Shown here: piece after piece, positions 1 to 14,080 of the stretch
Layout of the letters: every line of letters begins with the position of its first letter
Numbering within the stretch: the stretch's first letter is position 1
Assembly: GCA_026026165.1 (NCBI GenBank)
Contig: JAPEUD010000046.1
Coordinates: forward strand, 62,001-126,000
Length of the DNA stretch: 64,000 bases
Source of the DNA: Sarea resinae
Taxonomy: Eukaryota
Direction: 5' to 3'
Position numbers and translations under genes: made by a program
Notes under the pieces: model-generated
Databases searched by the model: none
Told to the model about the DNA's origin: nothing
The model's input: the letters and a program-made list of their open reading frames with translations, nothing else

Positions 1-2199
1 ACACACGACATCACACATCAGACAGTGGCTTAGGCTCAAGCATTACCGGAACATCGGAAGCTGATGATGAATTCAATATTGGTATGATCACCCTTCATCC
101 TGAATGTCCCATCTGGCTGCTAACTTACGCCTCAGGTGACCATTACCAGCATTCGTCGACATATGCCTCCGCTCAAGCAGGAATCCGAATCGGCGAAGCC
201 GGTCGTTTCATTCCGACTTGCCCTTCCCAATCCGCGATATCTCGATCGCTCTCATCCTTGATCCCTTCCGACAACAGCCACGAACGTTGCCTCAGCCAAT
301 ATGCAACTGAGCAGATTGGAAAGCACATTATTGATCCCATCTTGCTGTTGGCAAATCTGAAGGAATTCCACCCGCTCATAGAAGATGTTCCTCGTTTGAT
401 CAAAGAGCGGCAGATAACCTGCCTTCGTGATTTGGAGAAGACCGTTCTCTTCTTGGCACCGGTAAGCCGACCTTTCTTTCCCGGGAAATTGGCGTTTACT
501 TATTGGTATTGTTTCGTGAAGGTCTGGGCGGCGTCCAAGTGGTCCTACCTCCACTTCTGCGAAACCTCCATCCAATGCATACACACTACTGTCAACTACC
601 TCAATGAACGCGACCAGCGACGACCTACCGACCGACCGTATACTAACGGATACTTCCTTGACCTCGTCGAACAGATTCGCCAATACGCAAGCATGGTCAC
701 TGCTGCCCGGGAGCGCCAGGCAGCCGGACACAGCTCAAATGAGATGGATTATTCACCGTAAGTTCTCCATCCCACGCGATCACTGGCAAGGACTAATGAG
801 GATGTAGTGATGAGACGGTCACCTTGCAAGGCGGCTTAAGCCAGAACGGCCGTCCTGCCCAGCTAGTCAGAGTCAAGGAAGGCAAGACCATTCCTTTGGG
901 TGGCTCGCAGCCTATGGAGCAAGGGGGCAGCTCCTCGAGCAACTTCAGCTCCGAATCGAACCTGAACAGCACGCAGACCATGAAGAGACCTTTTAGCGAC
1001 CAATTCTCTGATGATGATGGTGTTCGACGATCCATGGCCCGGAGGAAGAAATCCTCGCAGCTTGCTAGTCCTGAATCTCCCAAGGTTTGCGGTGTGTGCG
1101 ACAAAAAGTTCAAGCGGCCTTGCGATCTGACGTGAGTCACCCTGACCCTACTCCTCGACAGAGTTGTGCTAACGTATCCTCAAGCAAACATGCCAAGACA
1201 CACTCCCGTCCATGGAAGTGTACCCAGTCTGATTGCGAGTACTATCACAAAGGATGGCCCACCGAGAAGGAGCGGGATAGACATGTTAATGATAAACACT
1301 CGGCCAAACCCGATATGTTTAAGTGCCACTACACTGGCTGCTCGTACCAGTCCAAGCGCGAGAGCAATTGCAAGCAGCACATGGAGAAGTCACATGGGTG
1401 GAATTATATCCGGTCTAAGAGTAGCAAGAAAGCTCCAAAGGTCGAAATCGCCAAGTCTGCTATGGAGGCCGAATCGCCCGCTTCTAGCCACGTCGAAAAT
1501 GCCACGACTCCTACAACCTCAGCTACATACTCCCCGTTCGAGCCGATGGATGGTGACGCCTCGATTTTCGAGGGCGCCATCGATCCGGCCCTTGTGTCTG
1601 CTGATGTCTGCGATGCTCCTTCATGGTTGGAGAACCTGGATGTCCCTGACAACAATCGTTACGTGCGGACGCCGCCCATGGGCTCGGCATTGACCGACAG
1701 CTCCACTGCTTCTACTTCTTTTGAAACACTCCTTACTCCAAATGACGTTGATCTCAACTTTCCCTCTGCTCAATGGCCCATTGCCACCCAGAACCAGCCG
1801 TTCACCAACTTTAATCCGCAATTTCCAACACCTTCTCAGTCTGCTGGGACTGAATCTTTTGACACATTTCCGCATGACCCGTTGATGCCATCCCATGACA
1901 CTTACTTGAGCAACGAACACAACCTCTCCATTAATTTGCAAGGGAACCCGATGCTCTATTCTCCAATCTCGGCGAATGGGTACGGCGGGGACGAATGCAT
2001 GGAGGAGCCCAGCGAGGACTACACGAGGCCGAGTGCCGACTTTGACCTGTACCCATCCGGATTCTCCTCGGGTTTGGATGGGACATCGAATGACAGCATG
2101 TTCCAAGATCTGTCTACCTTTACCAGCAACCAATGGATACTCGAAAACACGAACGCGCCTCCGTTCAATTTTAATGATGATATGGTTTACGAAGAATAA
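1..2199 (+). CDS. ace1: C2H2 zinc-finger transcription factor, Ace1/SltA(StzA) family; 5' end lies outside the window. Exons <1-81, 136-757, 808-1131, 1185-2199
   Basis: Introns 82-135 (GTATGA..GCTAAC..CAG), 758-807 (GTAAGT..ACTAAT..TAG) and 1132-1184 (GTGAGT..GCTAAC..AAG) join the ORFs in frame. The spliced fingers read CGVCDKKFKRPCDLTKHAKTHSRPWKC..GWPTEKERDRHVNDKH..YQSKRESNCKQHMEKSHGW, preceded by RSMARRKK, as in Ace1/SltA proteins. Confidence 0.88.
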
Positions 2200-3160
2200 G
2201 GCAACATTTGGATGCAAATATCGATTGTTTGATCTCTGTTTGGTTTTTAATACTTTGTGCGACTGGAAGTATCTCTGGCGTTTTTCTCTTCACCTTGATA
2301 ATGACGATGGAGACGATTGGAGCGTTTCAAGAACAGATGGGATTTTGACCACAGGTGCTAGACCTGCAAGCTATATCGGACGCAAATGTTGCAGTCCTTG
2401 ATTCTTTGATGGAGACGCGGAGCGAAAACGTCTTTTTGTTGTACCCATATATCGCAATCAGCGACAATGCAACTCTAATCTACTCTCAAATGGCCAATGA
2501 TGTGAGCGATGCAGACTTTTCGTGGGATGCCGAAAGAAGACTTCCTACCCTCTGTCTCCCGCCAATGATGGTACCCTAATTCTAGTTATCACCTGTTGAG
2601 GCAATTCGTTGGGCCCACGTGGGGTGTCCTTGAAGTTGACAAAGGGTAATAGGTAGTACGAGTAGGGTCGGCAAGGGGTACTAGAGCAAGTCAACCATGT
2701 CCGATCCTGGATTCCAGAAGGCTGACGGACGGGCCGATTGCATAAGTGGGCGACTACCTTACCTACGGAGGACTCCGTAGTGCCTTAGTACGGAGTAGAG
2801 CAGATCAATTGATGCAGGGGAGCCCGAGCTCGCCTCGACAAGGCGCCCTCCGCTCCGCTCGGCGACGCTGTGGATTTGCGCAGCAGGGCTACTGCGACGA
2901 CCGTAAAGTTTTGGTATCTGGCAGCAGATACCGAGACATTTCATGCTGCACAGAATAGCTACCCTATCTTCCCTTGCGTTGCTTTAGAAGGCTATTGCAG
3001 ACACGAGCTTCCCAAACTGCCATCTGAAGCTGCATTGGCTGGCTTGAAGCTGGGCTCGTGGTATCATTAGGGTTTTACCTTCTCAGGAAGGAAGGCATAT
3101 TGCTCAGTGCGGCCAGTTTCGGGGAAAAGTCAAGATCTCTTTCATTGAGGGATATCGACT

Positions 3161-6100
3161 ATGGCAGGTGAGCAGGTGCTCCGATCTTTATATGACCTCA
3201 CACCTCCATCTGGTTCAGGTGCGCGCTTCTTGTGCACACGGCTGACACACGGCAGATATCAATACAGCTTCCAATTCCCCTCAGATTGGTCCAACCGGCA
3301 TTGGAGGGCCGGATTCCTGGTCTGACGACGATGACCAAGGAAACCTCCATGCGGCCCCCTACCCAGACGGCTCATTGCATATAGACGAAAATGGACCGCC
3401 TGACTCCAACGGCGAGCAGATCGGGCAAGCGAACTTGGATTTCGCTGGGGCCGAATCTCCTGAGGATGGTGCTGAGGATGGAGTGCTTCCGAGAGACAAA
3501 CAGCGAAAGACGGCATTCTATGATTATGCCTCTGAAAAGCAGATGAGCCATGCAGAGTCAAAGATGTTCTATCGGCGGCATCAATTGGAAAATCAGAAGT
3601 CTGATGGAAGCAATTGGTCCCAAGGCGATAACCTGAGTCCTGTCCTTCGAGCGCGAGCATTCTCTGGACAAGAGCCTGGTCCACAGAACAGGCGAGACAG
3701 CATCGCATCGAAGCAAAGCACCCATAAATCTCCTCAAGCATATCCTTCTACCAGCTTCGACCAATCTGCACCAAACGTGGAGATGAAGTCGTTAGATTTG
3801 GGTATTGCCGATTCGTTTCGACGAGAAGAAAGGATTGATCCATTCGTTGCGGCAGATCGTGCCGCAAGAGATCATGCAAATCATCCGGGGCTCCCACACG
3901 AGCACAAGCCACCGATTCTGGCTAGTGAAGGAATCCACGGAGCAGGTGCTGGCGTGGGGATTGGGAGCAATGGCGGCTTCGCGGCCAGCGATGCCCAAAT
4001 TGCGACAGAACTCAGCGCCATCTACGCGAACATCCAGAAGGTGCTAGACATTCGACACAAATACATCCGCCTCTCATTGCAAGGCCCTAGTGATAACCCC
4101 AAAGATGATCCCAGTTGGAAGATATATCCTCCTCCACCAGAACCCGTCTGGGACGATGACAGAGACCGTACGGGGCACGCACCAGGCAGCGTCAACAATA
4201 GTAGCGCCCTTCCGAGTGAAGATGCTAGACCGGAGCGGATTGGCCAGGAGCATTCTAATATGGCGCATGGAGAAGATCAATCAGCTCAGCAGTCTTCCCG
4301 AGCGCGTAGAAGAAAGCCTGGCCAGGATATAGGATCGGACTTTGATATATCTGACCTGCTGCCTTTACCCGAAGCCGGAGAGATGACATTCCGCCTCGAT
4401 GACAGTAGCGTCTTTCAGGTGTACGAGACTGCAAAGTCGGCAGAACTCGATACTCCGATTATAAATTTACCTACGATACGAGAATTCTACATGGACCTCG
4501 ACGAGATCCTAAATGTCTCCTCGGATGGTCCTAGCAAGAGCTTTGCATTCAGGCGCCTACAATATCTGGAAGGCAAATTCAACCTATATGTACTACTCAA
4601 CGAGTATCAAGAAATGGCAGACAGCAAGAAGGTGCCGCATCGAGACTTTTATAATGTGAGAAAGGTCGACACTCACGTTCATCATTCAGCATGTATGAAT
4701 CAGAAACATCTTCTCCGCTTCATCAAGAGCAAGATGAAGAAGTCCCCTGATGAAGTCGTTCTATTCAGGGACGGCAAGCACCTCACTCTGTCCGAGGTGT
4801 TCAAGAGTATTAATCTTACAGCGTACGATCTCAGCATTGACACGTTGGATATGCACGTATGTCAACCAATTTTCCTCGTACAGTCGGGATGCTAATTGCA
4901 GTCAAAACAGGCCCATACAGACTCCTTTCACCGTTTTGATAAATTTAATTTGAAATATAATCCTATCGGCGAATCACGTTTGCGAACGATCTTCTTGAAG
5001 ACGGACAATTTCATCCACGGCCGATACCTCGCGGAGATCACCAAAGAAGTCATCTCTGATCTTGAGTCCAGCAAGTACCAGATGGTCGAGTGGAGGATCT
5101 CCATCTACGGCCGAAGTCTGGACGAGTGGGATAAGCTTGCGGCATGGGTTGTGGATAACAAATTGTTTTCACACAATGTTCGTTGGCTGATCCAGGTGCC
5201 GCGACTCTATGACGTCTACAAGTCGACGGGTCTCATGGACAATTTTGAACAAGTTGTCATCAACATCTTCCAGCCTCTTTTCGAAGTGACGAAAGATCCA
5301 TCTAAACATCCCCAGCTCCATGTGTTCCTACAGCGCGTTATTGGGTTTGATAGTGTGGATGACGAGAGCAAGGTCGAGCGCAGGTTGTACCGAAAGTTTC
5401 CCCTTCCAAAAGCATGGAATACGACGCAGAACCCTCCATATAGCTACTGGATCTACTATCTGTTTGCCAACATTGCTTCGCTCAATGTTTGGCGAAAGCA
5501 GCGAGGGTTCAACACCTTTGCTTTGCGACCACATTGTGGCGAAGCCGGTGATACAGACCATTTAGCCGCTGCTGTCCTCTGCTGTCACAGCATAAGCCAC
5601 GGCCTACTGCTCCGAAAGGTTCCTCTCCTTCAGTATATCTTCTACTTGGAACAGATTGGCATAGCGATGTCCCCGCTCAGCAACAACGCGCTGTTCCTCG
5701 CGTACGAGAGAAATCCATTCCTTCAATATTTCAGACGGGGCATGAACGTTTCTCTCTCCACAGACGACCCATTACAGTTCGCATTTACGAAAGAACCTCT
5801 CATCGAAGAGTACTCGGTTGCCGCACAGATCTACAAACTCAGTGCTGTTGATATGTGCGAGCTGGCCAAGAACTCAGTCACGCAGAGTGGGTTCGAATAT
5901 GTGATCAAGCAGAGGTGGCTAGGCAATGACTTCAATCTGCCGGGCGTGGCCGGTAATAGCGTTGCCAAGAGCAATGTACCCAACATCAGAGAGGCTTTCA
6001 GACACGAGACGCTTCTACAGGAACTTTCCATGTACGGTGTCCCTATCTAGCTTTGAATACTATAGAGTGACTCAACTTTACTTCCTGCAGGATCGACCGA

Positions 6101-6616
6101 TACACTTCTTCTTCCACGGGCCAAGGCATCAATAGCACCAACCTCCAAGCCTCGGCCAAATCGAGCCCTCATCCAAGTCAAGCACAGGGCCCGCTTTCTA
6201 CGACTGCGTCCGCCCACACCAACCCGTCAGCAGTCAATCCTACACCCGAGGCCTATCATCCTTTTATACCCAACATCTCCCTGCCTGCCTCCCACTCTGC
6301 TACTGCACCAACCGCCCAAACTGCCCGCTTCCTGCCATATACGCCGAAATCCACGCCCGATCAGACTTTCAACCCCGCTTCGCCCACTGCCGCCTCCCAG
6401 CCACAGACTGGCTCCCACCGCCGCTCTACATCGGCCACGAACAATAATCAGACTACTTCCCCTCTGGATGCAGCCGAGCCCAGGATTTTCCCGGGCATGG
6501 TGATCAAGCAGCGGGATAATCAGAGAAGAGGCAGTGTGGCTGAGAGGGATGTTGACGGATATGGTGCTGGCGCCGGTGCTGGAGGTGATTCCGGTATTCC
6601 AGCCGAGAACGAATAA
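3161..6616 (+). CDS. AMD1: AMP deaminase. Exons 3161-3167, 3256-4856, 4911-6031, 6091-6616
   Basis: Motifs [36 protein letters not shown] and [10 protein letters not shown]. Introns 3168-3255, 4857-4910 and 6032-6090 have GT/AG ends and restore the frame; the last exon encodes EPRIFPGMV and ends at TAA 6614-6616. Confidence 0.96.
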
Positions 6617-7392
6617 GGGACGAAAGGGAGGCTCGTCCTGTCTTGGCTTGATTCCGCACGCTACCATCCACTGGTTGGCTGGTGCTTTCTCTTTTGCCTG
6701 GAACCGATGAAATGCTCTTGAGCGTTTCTGTGTTGTCATGATAGAGGATCTGGTTGCCTGGGTCGCAATCCAACGACTGTTTGGTACCTCATTAGCGCTT
6801 TTGATGTTGATGTTGATGTTATCTCTCGTGGGGTAGTCGCCCCATTGAAGCAATGGCGCTTCGGACGTGCGCATGCATAACTCCCCCTCTCTCATCTCAC
6901 CTCATCTCATCTCATGTCATCCTCTACTTCCCCTCCCCCTCCCCCTCTCTTTTCTGATCCCTTATCCTTATCCCTTATCCCCTACCCCTACCCCCCAACT
7001 TTTCTTCCCTCAATCTTTCTTAGCATCGACGAGAGAATAACCGCACCAGTAGATATTCTGTGTGTGTCTGTATCCTGTATCCCGTATTCTGTATTCTGTA
7101 TTCCGTATATTCCATATCCCTATATTCCATACTCCCTGCTTCCCGGTAGTTTCTTTATATAGTCTATCTATCGTCCATCAAGCACTCTCGCACGGGTAGC
7201 CAATCTACTTCTTCGGTACCACGTTTGAGTTGTGGTAAATGTATTATGTGTGTATATGTGTATATGTGTATATGTGTGTACGTGTATCTGTATGTACATG
7301 TTTGTATGTAGGTGCATGTATGTATGGACAGGCATACACATATCATCAAGCTGCGACTCGAAAGTCTCCCCAAACCGATAGACCTGATTAGA

Positions 7393-7394
<2 letters not shown>

Positions 7395-7424
<30 letters not shown>
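7395..7424. repeat. C30 homopolymer within a low-complexity intergenic region (about 6890-7790) rich in TATG/TGTA and purine repeats
   Basis: 30 consecutive C read directly from the sequence; lies between the convergent 3' ends of AMD1 and PTC7. Confidence 0.95.
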
Positions 7425-7426
<2 letters not shown>

Positions 7427-8015
7427 TGTCCCTCTTTCGACGCGAGCCGATTCAAAAGAAAGAAAAAAGGGCTGGCTGGAACGAAGCACATGAAAAAAAT
7501 AAGAGAGGAAGGGAGAAGAAAAACGCCGCCGCCTCTGTACGGAATAAGAGATCAGAGATAAGAGATAACAGCCCCAAGGAAAGGATGAGAAAGATTTTTG
7601 ATGATATTAACATGTAGATTGACCCCGTTCTTGGTTCATTAGGTTTTTTTTTGGGGTGGATAGTAGGCCATGGATGAATGTCAGGGGGTGAGTGAGTGGG
7701 TGAGTCGGTGGATGTCAGTCCCATTTTGATGTTTGTTTGTTTGTGTGTATGTTTGTATGTGTATGGTTGGGTGTGTGTGTGTACTTTTCTCTATAACCTG
7801 CCCCAGGCCCGGGGCCCCCAGTCTCCAGCACTACCTAGCGGCTGGCTTGTTGACGCCAAACGCGTGAATCCAAACAGATGATAATGACGAGAGAGAATAT
7901 CCGAGAAAGAGAAAGAGAAAAAAAGCCTGGAATTCGACAAAGCTCCCACACAAACAATGATGTTGTTCGCCCTCGGAGCAACCAGATCCAAGAGGGTGTT
8001 TGCTTCTACTTTACT

Positions 8016-9452
8016 TCATGCGTCAGCGGCGACGGCGACGGCGACCACGACGCAGATGTCGTCGACCTTGCCGCCGCGGTAGTCCTCGTGTGGGTAGTAT
8101 TTCCGGACTTCCTTTGCAAAAGGACCGTCGAGTTTGGTGTTGATGCTGGCCTGTTTTGCTTCTCGCGCGATGGAGGTTGCCAGGAGGGCTTGCAGGCTCT
8201 TGGCCTTGTTGTTGTTGTTGTTGTTGTTGTTGCTGCTCTGAACAGCAGCCTCCTTCTTCTCTGCCGTCTCCTTGGACAGGGCGGTGAGCTCGTCCAGGTT
8301 TTCTCCCACGACGACGCCGCCTTGCTCTTCGTCGGCTGTCCATCCGTCGCATGCTTTCATGTGCCGGCTGACGAGCCGTAGGATGTCGCTTGCGGCTAGA
8401 TTGTCCCAGACGCCGTCTGTGGCGAAGACGAGGATGTCACCGTGGCGGAGCTGGTGCGTGGAGATGTTTGAGTCCGTGGGGAGGTCGACGAGGGGCCGGC
8501 CGCCAAAGAGGGCGGCCTGGGCGAGGAGCTTGGGTGGGACGATGGCGAGTTGGTAGGGGGTGTTGAAGGCGTGGGTTTGGGGATGAGAGGCGTAGTGGAT
8601 TGCATTCAGGCGGAGCTGAATGAAGCCCGAGTCGCCGAGACTGACAGAGATGAAATTTTAGCCAGGATTTTCATCGCGGGCGAGAATTCAGGAAAAGAGG
8701 GAGAGGTACTTTGCGACATCTAGGTTGCCATCGTCTCTGCCAATCGCAACACATGCGGTTGTGCCCCCGCCAGCTATAGTTCTGTCCTGGAGTGCTCTTC
8801 CGTAGCCGATCTCCATCAGACTCTGTGGGCTCAGATGCCCCCAGTGTGCTTTCGAGCCGTACTTCTCCTCGCAATTCCGGGCGATAGCCGCCATATACTC
8901 GCATAGACCGTGTGAAAAATCGGCCGAATCGATCCTTGACGCACTGTATCCTCCAACGCCGTCGGCCACCCCAAATGCTACGTTCGGTCCGTCTCCGACA
9001 CTACTGACAAAGAACGAATCTTGTCCGCTGGCGGGCCGGTGCTTCTTTTTCCTTCGTGGGCTGCCATGTTCCATGGAGGAGCATGGGGTCTTGTCGCCGG
9101 GCGTGTAGTTATATAGATTGTTGTTCGGGTCGAAGTTGCGCCCCTTGGCAGAAAAGGCAGCTGAGATGCGATACGAGAACTGAGGTGACGACTGCGCGAT
9201 CGAAGATGTCTGGAACCCTCTCGTCGCAGAAACGACCTTGACCTTGCGGGATCTGGGACCGCTCCATCGAGACGAAATGCTGGCGCATTGGGGGTTCCGT
9301 GCGGACGAGAACAAGGCAGAGTAAGATCGGTGCGATAAGGATGAGGAAGACGAGTTGTGACATATTCGAGAAAGTGAAGAGACCAGCACGGAGCTGCTCC
9401 AAAGAGGCGTTATCGATACCCGCCGCGCATAGTTGGTGAGGCTTGATTCCAT
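8016..9452 (-). CDS. PTC7: PP2C-family protein phosphatase, PTC7/Azr1 type, probably mitochondrial. Exons 9452-8710, 8640-8016
   Basis: Motifs SGQDSFF, FGVADGVGG, GGTTAC, spliced ANLGDSG (intron 8641-8709, GTACCT..CAG), FNTPYQL, ATDGVWDN and GGKVDDICVV. The N-terminus is Ser/Arg-rich like a presequence. Start at ATG 9452 is inferred. Confidence 0.9.
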
Positions 9453-9964
9453 CGCACGCCGTACGGGCAGCGTAAGCAATGTCAACAAAGCGGTAAGGCG
9501 AGAAGAGTGCCGCGGTTGGCAGACAATATCTCCTTCAAAGAGTCCCGATGTAAGTTGGCGCTGTTGAAGGTAGGTTCCAAGATCAAATGCGTATGCCAAA
9601 GGAGTAGGGAGAGGACCGTCGCTGCGATCATCTGCTTATATGATTGCAGGATTGGAGATCGTCGTATCCGCTGACTTGAGGTATTTGAGGTATTTTGTAA
9701 ATACAGAAAAATTATAAATTGGCTGAGACTTGAGACGTCATGGCGAGACTTCTGATTTGATACACCGACACTTGCATTGCTGGGGTGCGCAGGGTAACGT
9801 GCCGTGGGTCGGTGTAACGAAAAGTGAAGATTGATACTCCATATGGGCACGGATAGATGCGCGCCGACACCAAAGCTGCATCGCCTGGAACCAGACTCCT
9901 TTGAGCTTCAGATTGCGGTCTCGTTGACGCGTGGACTGTCCTGCCACCTGCACCCGCCGCCAAG

Positions 9965-11744
9965 ATGATGCATCCCGCGCGCCAGGCATATGTGGAGGAG
10001 GAACAGCCCGAGGTAAGAGCAATTGCCAGTCCTTGTAGCTTTTCATTCCGCAGTGTTCACAACATCACCAGAGGCATGCTTTTGCAGTTCTTCGAGGCGA
10101 TCATTTCTGGGCGTGCAAGAGGTAGCAGCTGATGGAGATGGCTTCGGTTCTAGGGCGAGGATGAGGGTGTCGATATCAACAACATCCGTGAGTGACATCT
10201 ACAGACTCTCCTTGTCTCTGAAGTTCAAGCACCGACACTTTTACTAACAAGTCTTCATCACCTTAGCGCTTGATCGGGATTATATGATGCCCGCTGGTGG
10301 AGATGGGGTAGCACCAGAAAAAGCATCGGCCATTCTTTCGCAATTCTCAAGGAAACGGCGCGCAGCGGCTATCGCAGTACCTACGGACGACGGGCGGGTG
10401 CGCGCACGTTTGCGAGAGCTCGGAGAGCCGATTACATTGTTTGGAGAAGGCCCAGGGGACAGACGGGATCGATTGCGGGAGCTTTTGACATTACAAGATG
10501 AGCAAGAAGGAGATGCGGAGGGTGACATTCTGATGCAAGATGGAGAAACACCGGAAGCCCAAGGCGAGGCCGAGGAAGAATTCTATACGGAGGGGATACC
10601 GGAGCTTCTGGCAGCTCGGAAGGACATTGCACGATACTCAATACCAAGAGCAAAGAGTCGGATAGCATCTCAGAAACTCGAGTCAACCATTCCACTCCGA
10701 ACGCACATCAAACATCGTCGAGAAGTAAAGGAAAGGTTACAAGGATTCGATCTTTCCGGCACACAGATTGCTGGCGAGAGGCCGGTCAGTATCACTCGAT
10801 TTTCTCCTGATGGCCAGACAATAGCTGCGGGGAATTGGGCGGGTGGCATCAAACTCCTTGACGTCCCAAATCTGGATGAGAAGAGGAGTCTCCGCGGCCA
10901 TTCCGATCGCGTAGGGGGCCTCAGCTGGTTCCCAGGCGCAACATTACCCACCAGTTCCGTCTCCCCATCCTCTGTGAATTTAGCTTCTGGTGGTGGAGAA
11001 GGCAATGTCAACCTCTGGTCCCTCGAGCAAGACACCCCGTTGTCGACGTTATCCGGCCACAGTGCCCGTGTCTGCAGAGTCGAATTCCATCCGTCGGGTC
11101 GCTATGTGGCGTCGGCGTCCTACGATACTACGTGGCGTCTCTGGGATGTCAACACAACCACTGAACTCCTCCTCCAAGAAGGTCACTCGCGCGAAGTCTA
11201 CGCCTTGAGCTTTAATACGGACGGCTCGCTACTTGCCTCTGGAGGACTGGACAGCATAGGCCGCATTTGGGATCTCCGCACGGGCCGTACAGTCATGATC
11301 CTCGACGGCCACATTCGCGAAATCTATGGCCTCGATTGGTCTGCCGACGGGCATCGCGTTCTCTCCGGTTCTGGTGATGGCTGGGTCAAATGCTGGGATG
11401 TGCGTATGGTGAGGTCGATCGGCGGCGTCGGGGCTCACCGAGGCGTCGTCTCGGATCTCCGCTGGTTCAAGGGCACGGACAGTCCTGCATATGGGCATGA
11501 GCCCGAAAGAGACGAGAAAGGCGACATCAAACCTAAGAAGTCGGGGACATTCTTCGTGTCCAGCGGGTTTGATAAGAACGTCAACATCTACTCGGCCGAC
11601 GACTGGGCGTTTGTGAAGTCGTTGAGTGGGCACTCGGGGAATGTGTTGAGTGTCGATGTCAGCGCCGATGCGAGGTGGATTGCGAGTTGCGGTCATGATA
11701 GGACGGTCAAGCTCTGGGGAAAAGACGATGGTGAAGGGATATAG
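9965..11744 (+). CDS. PRP4: U4/U6 snRNP WD40 protein Prp4. Exons 9965-10012, 10154-10187, 10267-11744
   Basis: PRP4/SFM motif [37 protein letters not shown], then EEFYTEG and a C-terminal WD40 array. Two short upstream exons ([12 protein letters not shown]..) splice in frame through introns 10013-10153 and 10188-10266. Confidence 0.94.
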
Positions 11745-11999
11745 GGGACTGTATGGGATTTGGCATTTGGCATTGGATGGTGATGGCGTTAGGGGGACAT
11801 GTACCTTTGTATCGCACAAGGATGGAGCGCTTCCGCGTCCAAAATCAAGACAGACGTCATAGGCCTGCAGCCACTGACAGAAGATGAAATTCCCACCTCA
11901 TTTCGTATCCTTTCCATTGTTTCCACTGCAAATCATCGATGTGGTAAGATAGCTCTCGCCAGCCGATATCACATACCTCTGAAGTCTCGACCGCAGATC

Positions 12000-12413
12000 A
12001 TGGCCCCCGAAATGGACCGAGAGCCCGAAGACCAAGTCCGATCCTGGGGGTTCTCCCATGTCTTCACCTGGAGCGATGGACCGTAAGTGTTCCCCTTTGC
12101 ATCCGGAATACGAATGGCGCAGCAAGGCGCATCACAGGAAGCGAAGAAGATGACTACGGACACAGGGTAGAGCATGAGACAGCTCATACGTGCTGACGAA
12201 CTCTCCCGCAGGAATGCTTACTACGCTCCCCATTCGCACAGCGGACTGACGACGCATCTCATCCTTGACGGCGAGTTCACCGTCCGCTACCCCAAGGATG
12301 CGCAACCGTCGAAAGAGACGTTCGGGCCTGGTGCCAGAGTCGATGTCGACAAAGGTAGGCTCCACGAGGTTTGGATGGGAAGGGATGGATGTACGTACGT
12401 TATCGGGGAGTAG
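12000..12413 (+). CDS. Small cupin (RmlC-like) domain protein. Exons 12000-12082, 12212-12413
   Basis: Intron 12083-12211 (GTAAGT..GCTGAC..CAG) gives WGFSHVFTWSDGPNAYYAPHSHSGLTTHLILDGEF..GPGARVDVDKGRLHEVWMG, containing both cupin motifs. Confidence 0.85.
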
Positions 12414-12768
12414 AGAGGGTGGTCAGATAGGGGCTCGTGTTGATCTGCCGGCCTTGACTCGCTGTTTCGATGGCTGCATTGCGTTGGGCGATTTACAGCG
12501 GCGCGTTGAATTCGATCTTCAAAGATGCAGCGGCCTTGGAGGCTGTCATATGGACGGCTCGAAAGGCCCCCAACGTGGCTGGTGCTGCTCGTGCGCCCGG
12601 TACGGTAGATCTTCGTCGAGGCAAGCGATAAGACTCTCTGGCATCCTGATGATTATTACCAATTCAAGTATGGAGTACTGCGGGCCCCCAAATGCCCATT
12701 TCAAAAGCTTGATAATTCGCATTGCGGATTGGGGCATTACGGTGATAGGGCTAGGGGCGTCTCTCGGC

Positions 12769-12825
12769 GTCTCGATGTCTCGATGTCTCGATGTCTCGAT
12801 GTCTCAATGTCTCAATGTCTCGATG
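12769..12825. repeat. 8-bp tandem repeat (GTCTCRAT) x7
   Basis: gtctcgatgtctcgatgtctcgatgtctcgatgtctcaatgtctcaatgtctcgat read directly. Confidence 0.9.
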
Positions 12826-14080
12826 AGGCTCTAGACTCTAGCCGATCTCTATTTATGACCTCCCCGGTTGTCTGGTCTGTTTTGATATCAAGGCCACCCC
12901 CTTACCCCTCGTGATTCCCGGTGTTGGAATACGAGCCCATATGCACGACGTGAGCACGGTGCCACGGGTGTGCAGTGTGCATGAGAGTCTCCCAGTCATG
13001 GCCCAGTGAAGTCCGCTATCATTCATGCATCCATTGGCAGGCGCCGTACGAGATATTGCTTCGCTACCCATGTTCCGGATGCGGAAATCTGCTGCATTGA
13101 TCCAGGATATCCCGTCCAATATGAATCCTTGCCATTGCACAGACTGGAGTGTAGGAAGTGGAACTCCTTTCCGGATTGATCTCGGTACATCTGATGTACT
13201 CCTCTCTTCTACTGACGATGATGGTCAATCGGGGTGAACACGATTGCTCGCGCTTGCTGTCAGTCGTGTGGTGATCAACAGACCTCGTATCCACCGTCTG
13301 GTACGACCTGAGAGCAGTTGTGACTGCCCTGCACCACCTCCAAACACATCCGTGGATCTCGACATGTCACGCTTCTTCATTACATCCCGCTCTGAGATGC
13401 TGCTTCTGTTCAGACGATCGTCGCTTCAAGTTCAGATCTAATTTCCGTGCGGATGCTGTTCAGGGCTGCTCTGACATGAGACAAGGGCCCCTTTGCGAGG
13501 GGCCATCCCGCAACGAACGATGCAAATACCCTAGTAGCACTTCCCGCACGGGCATTGGGGGCATTGGGGGCATCGGGGCGTTTTTCCAAATGGTGATCAT
13601 TGGACAAGTCCATCACTTATCTATGACCTATGTTTGCAAATGTGTGCATCTTTCTCTTTTGGCTGTACGGAGACGGAGTACGAAGCTCCCGTAACGTCCG
13701 TTCTGTCGGACGTCAACCCGAGGAAGGCTGACCTCGTTACAGCGTTTCGCAGATCGCCCAGGTCGATTGCACTGCTGGTGGCGGCAGGGATGACGCCACG
13801 CTCGCGGGCTCAACAAAACATTACACAGGAACAATGCGATCAGTCTGTGCCGCCATATGCCCTTGTCAGCACGGTGAGACCACTGCCCAGGCTGCAGCTT
13901 GGCGGCTGGCAGAGCTCCTCCTGTTCCAACTTGCTTTGCTGTTCTTCATTCCATTCCAATTTGCATCAAGTCATTCGTTATTCCTGAATCCGTTTCTTGG
14001 ACATCGCCATTACCTTCACTCTTGTGAAGCGCCTCGAGTAGGCGGACTGCGCTCATTTTCTGTACATCCGGACACAGTAC

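Noticed and set aside
6227..6895. 222-aa minus-strand ORF
   Set aside because: Antisense to the last AMD1 exon and its 3' UTR; no recognisable motifs.
6914..7991. Several short ORFs with poly-P/G, YTHI and basic tracts
   Set aside because: Translations of microsatellites and the C30 run.
12769..12825. CRISPR-like array
   Set aside because: Eukaryotic context; 8-bp head-to-tail units with no spacers and no cas genes.
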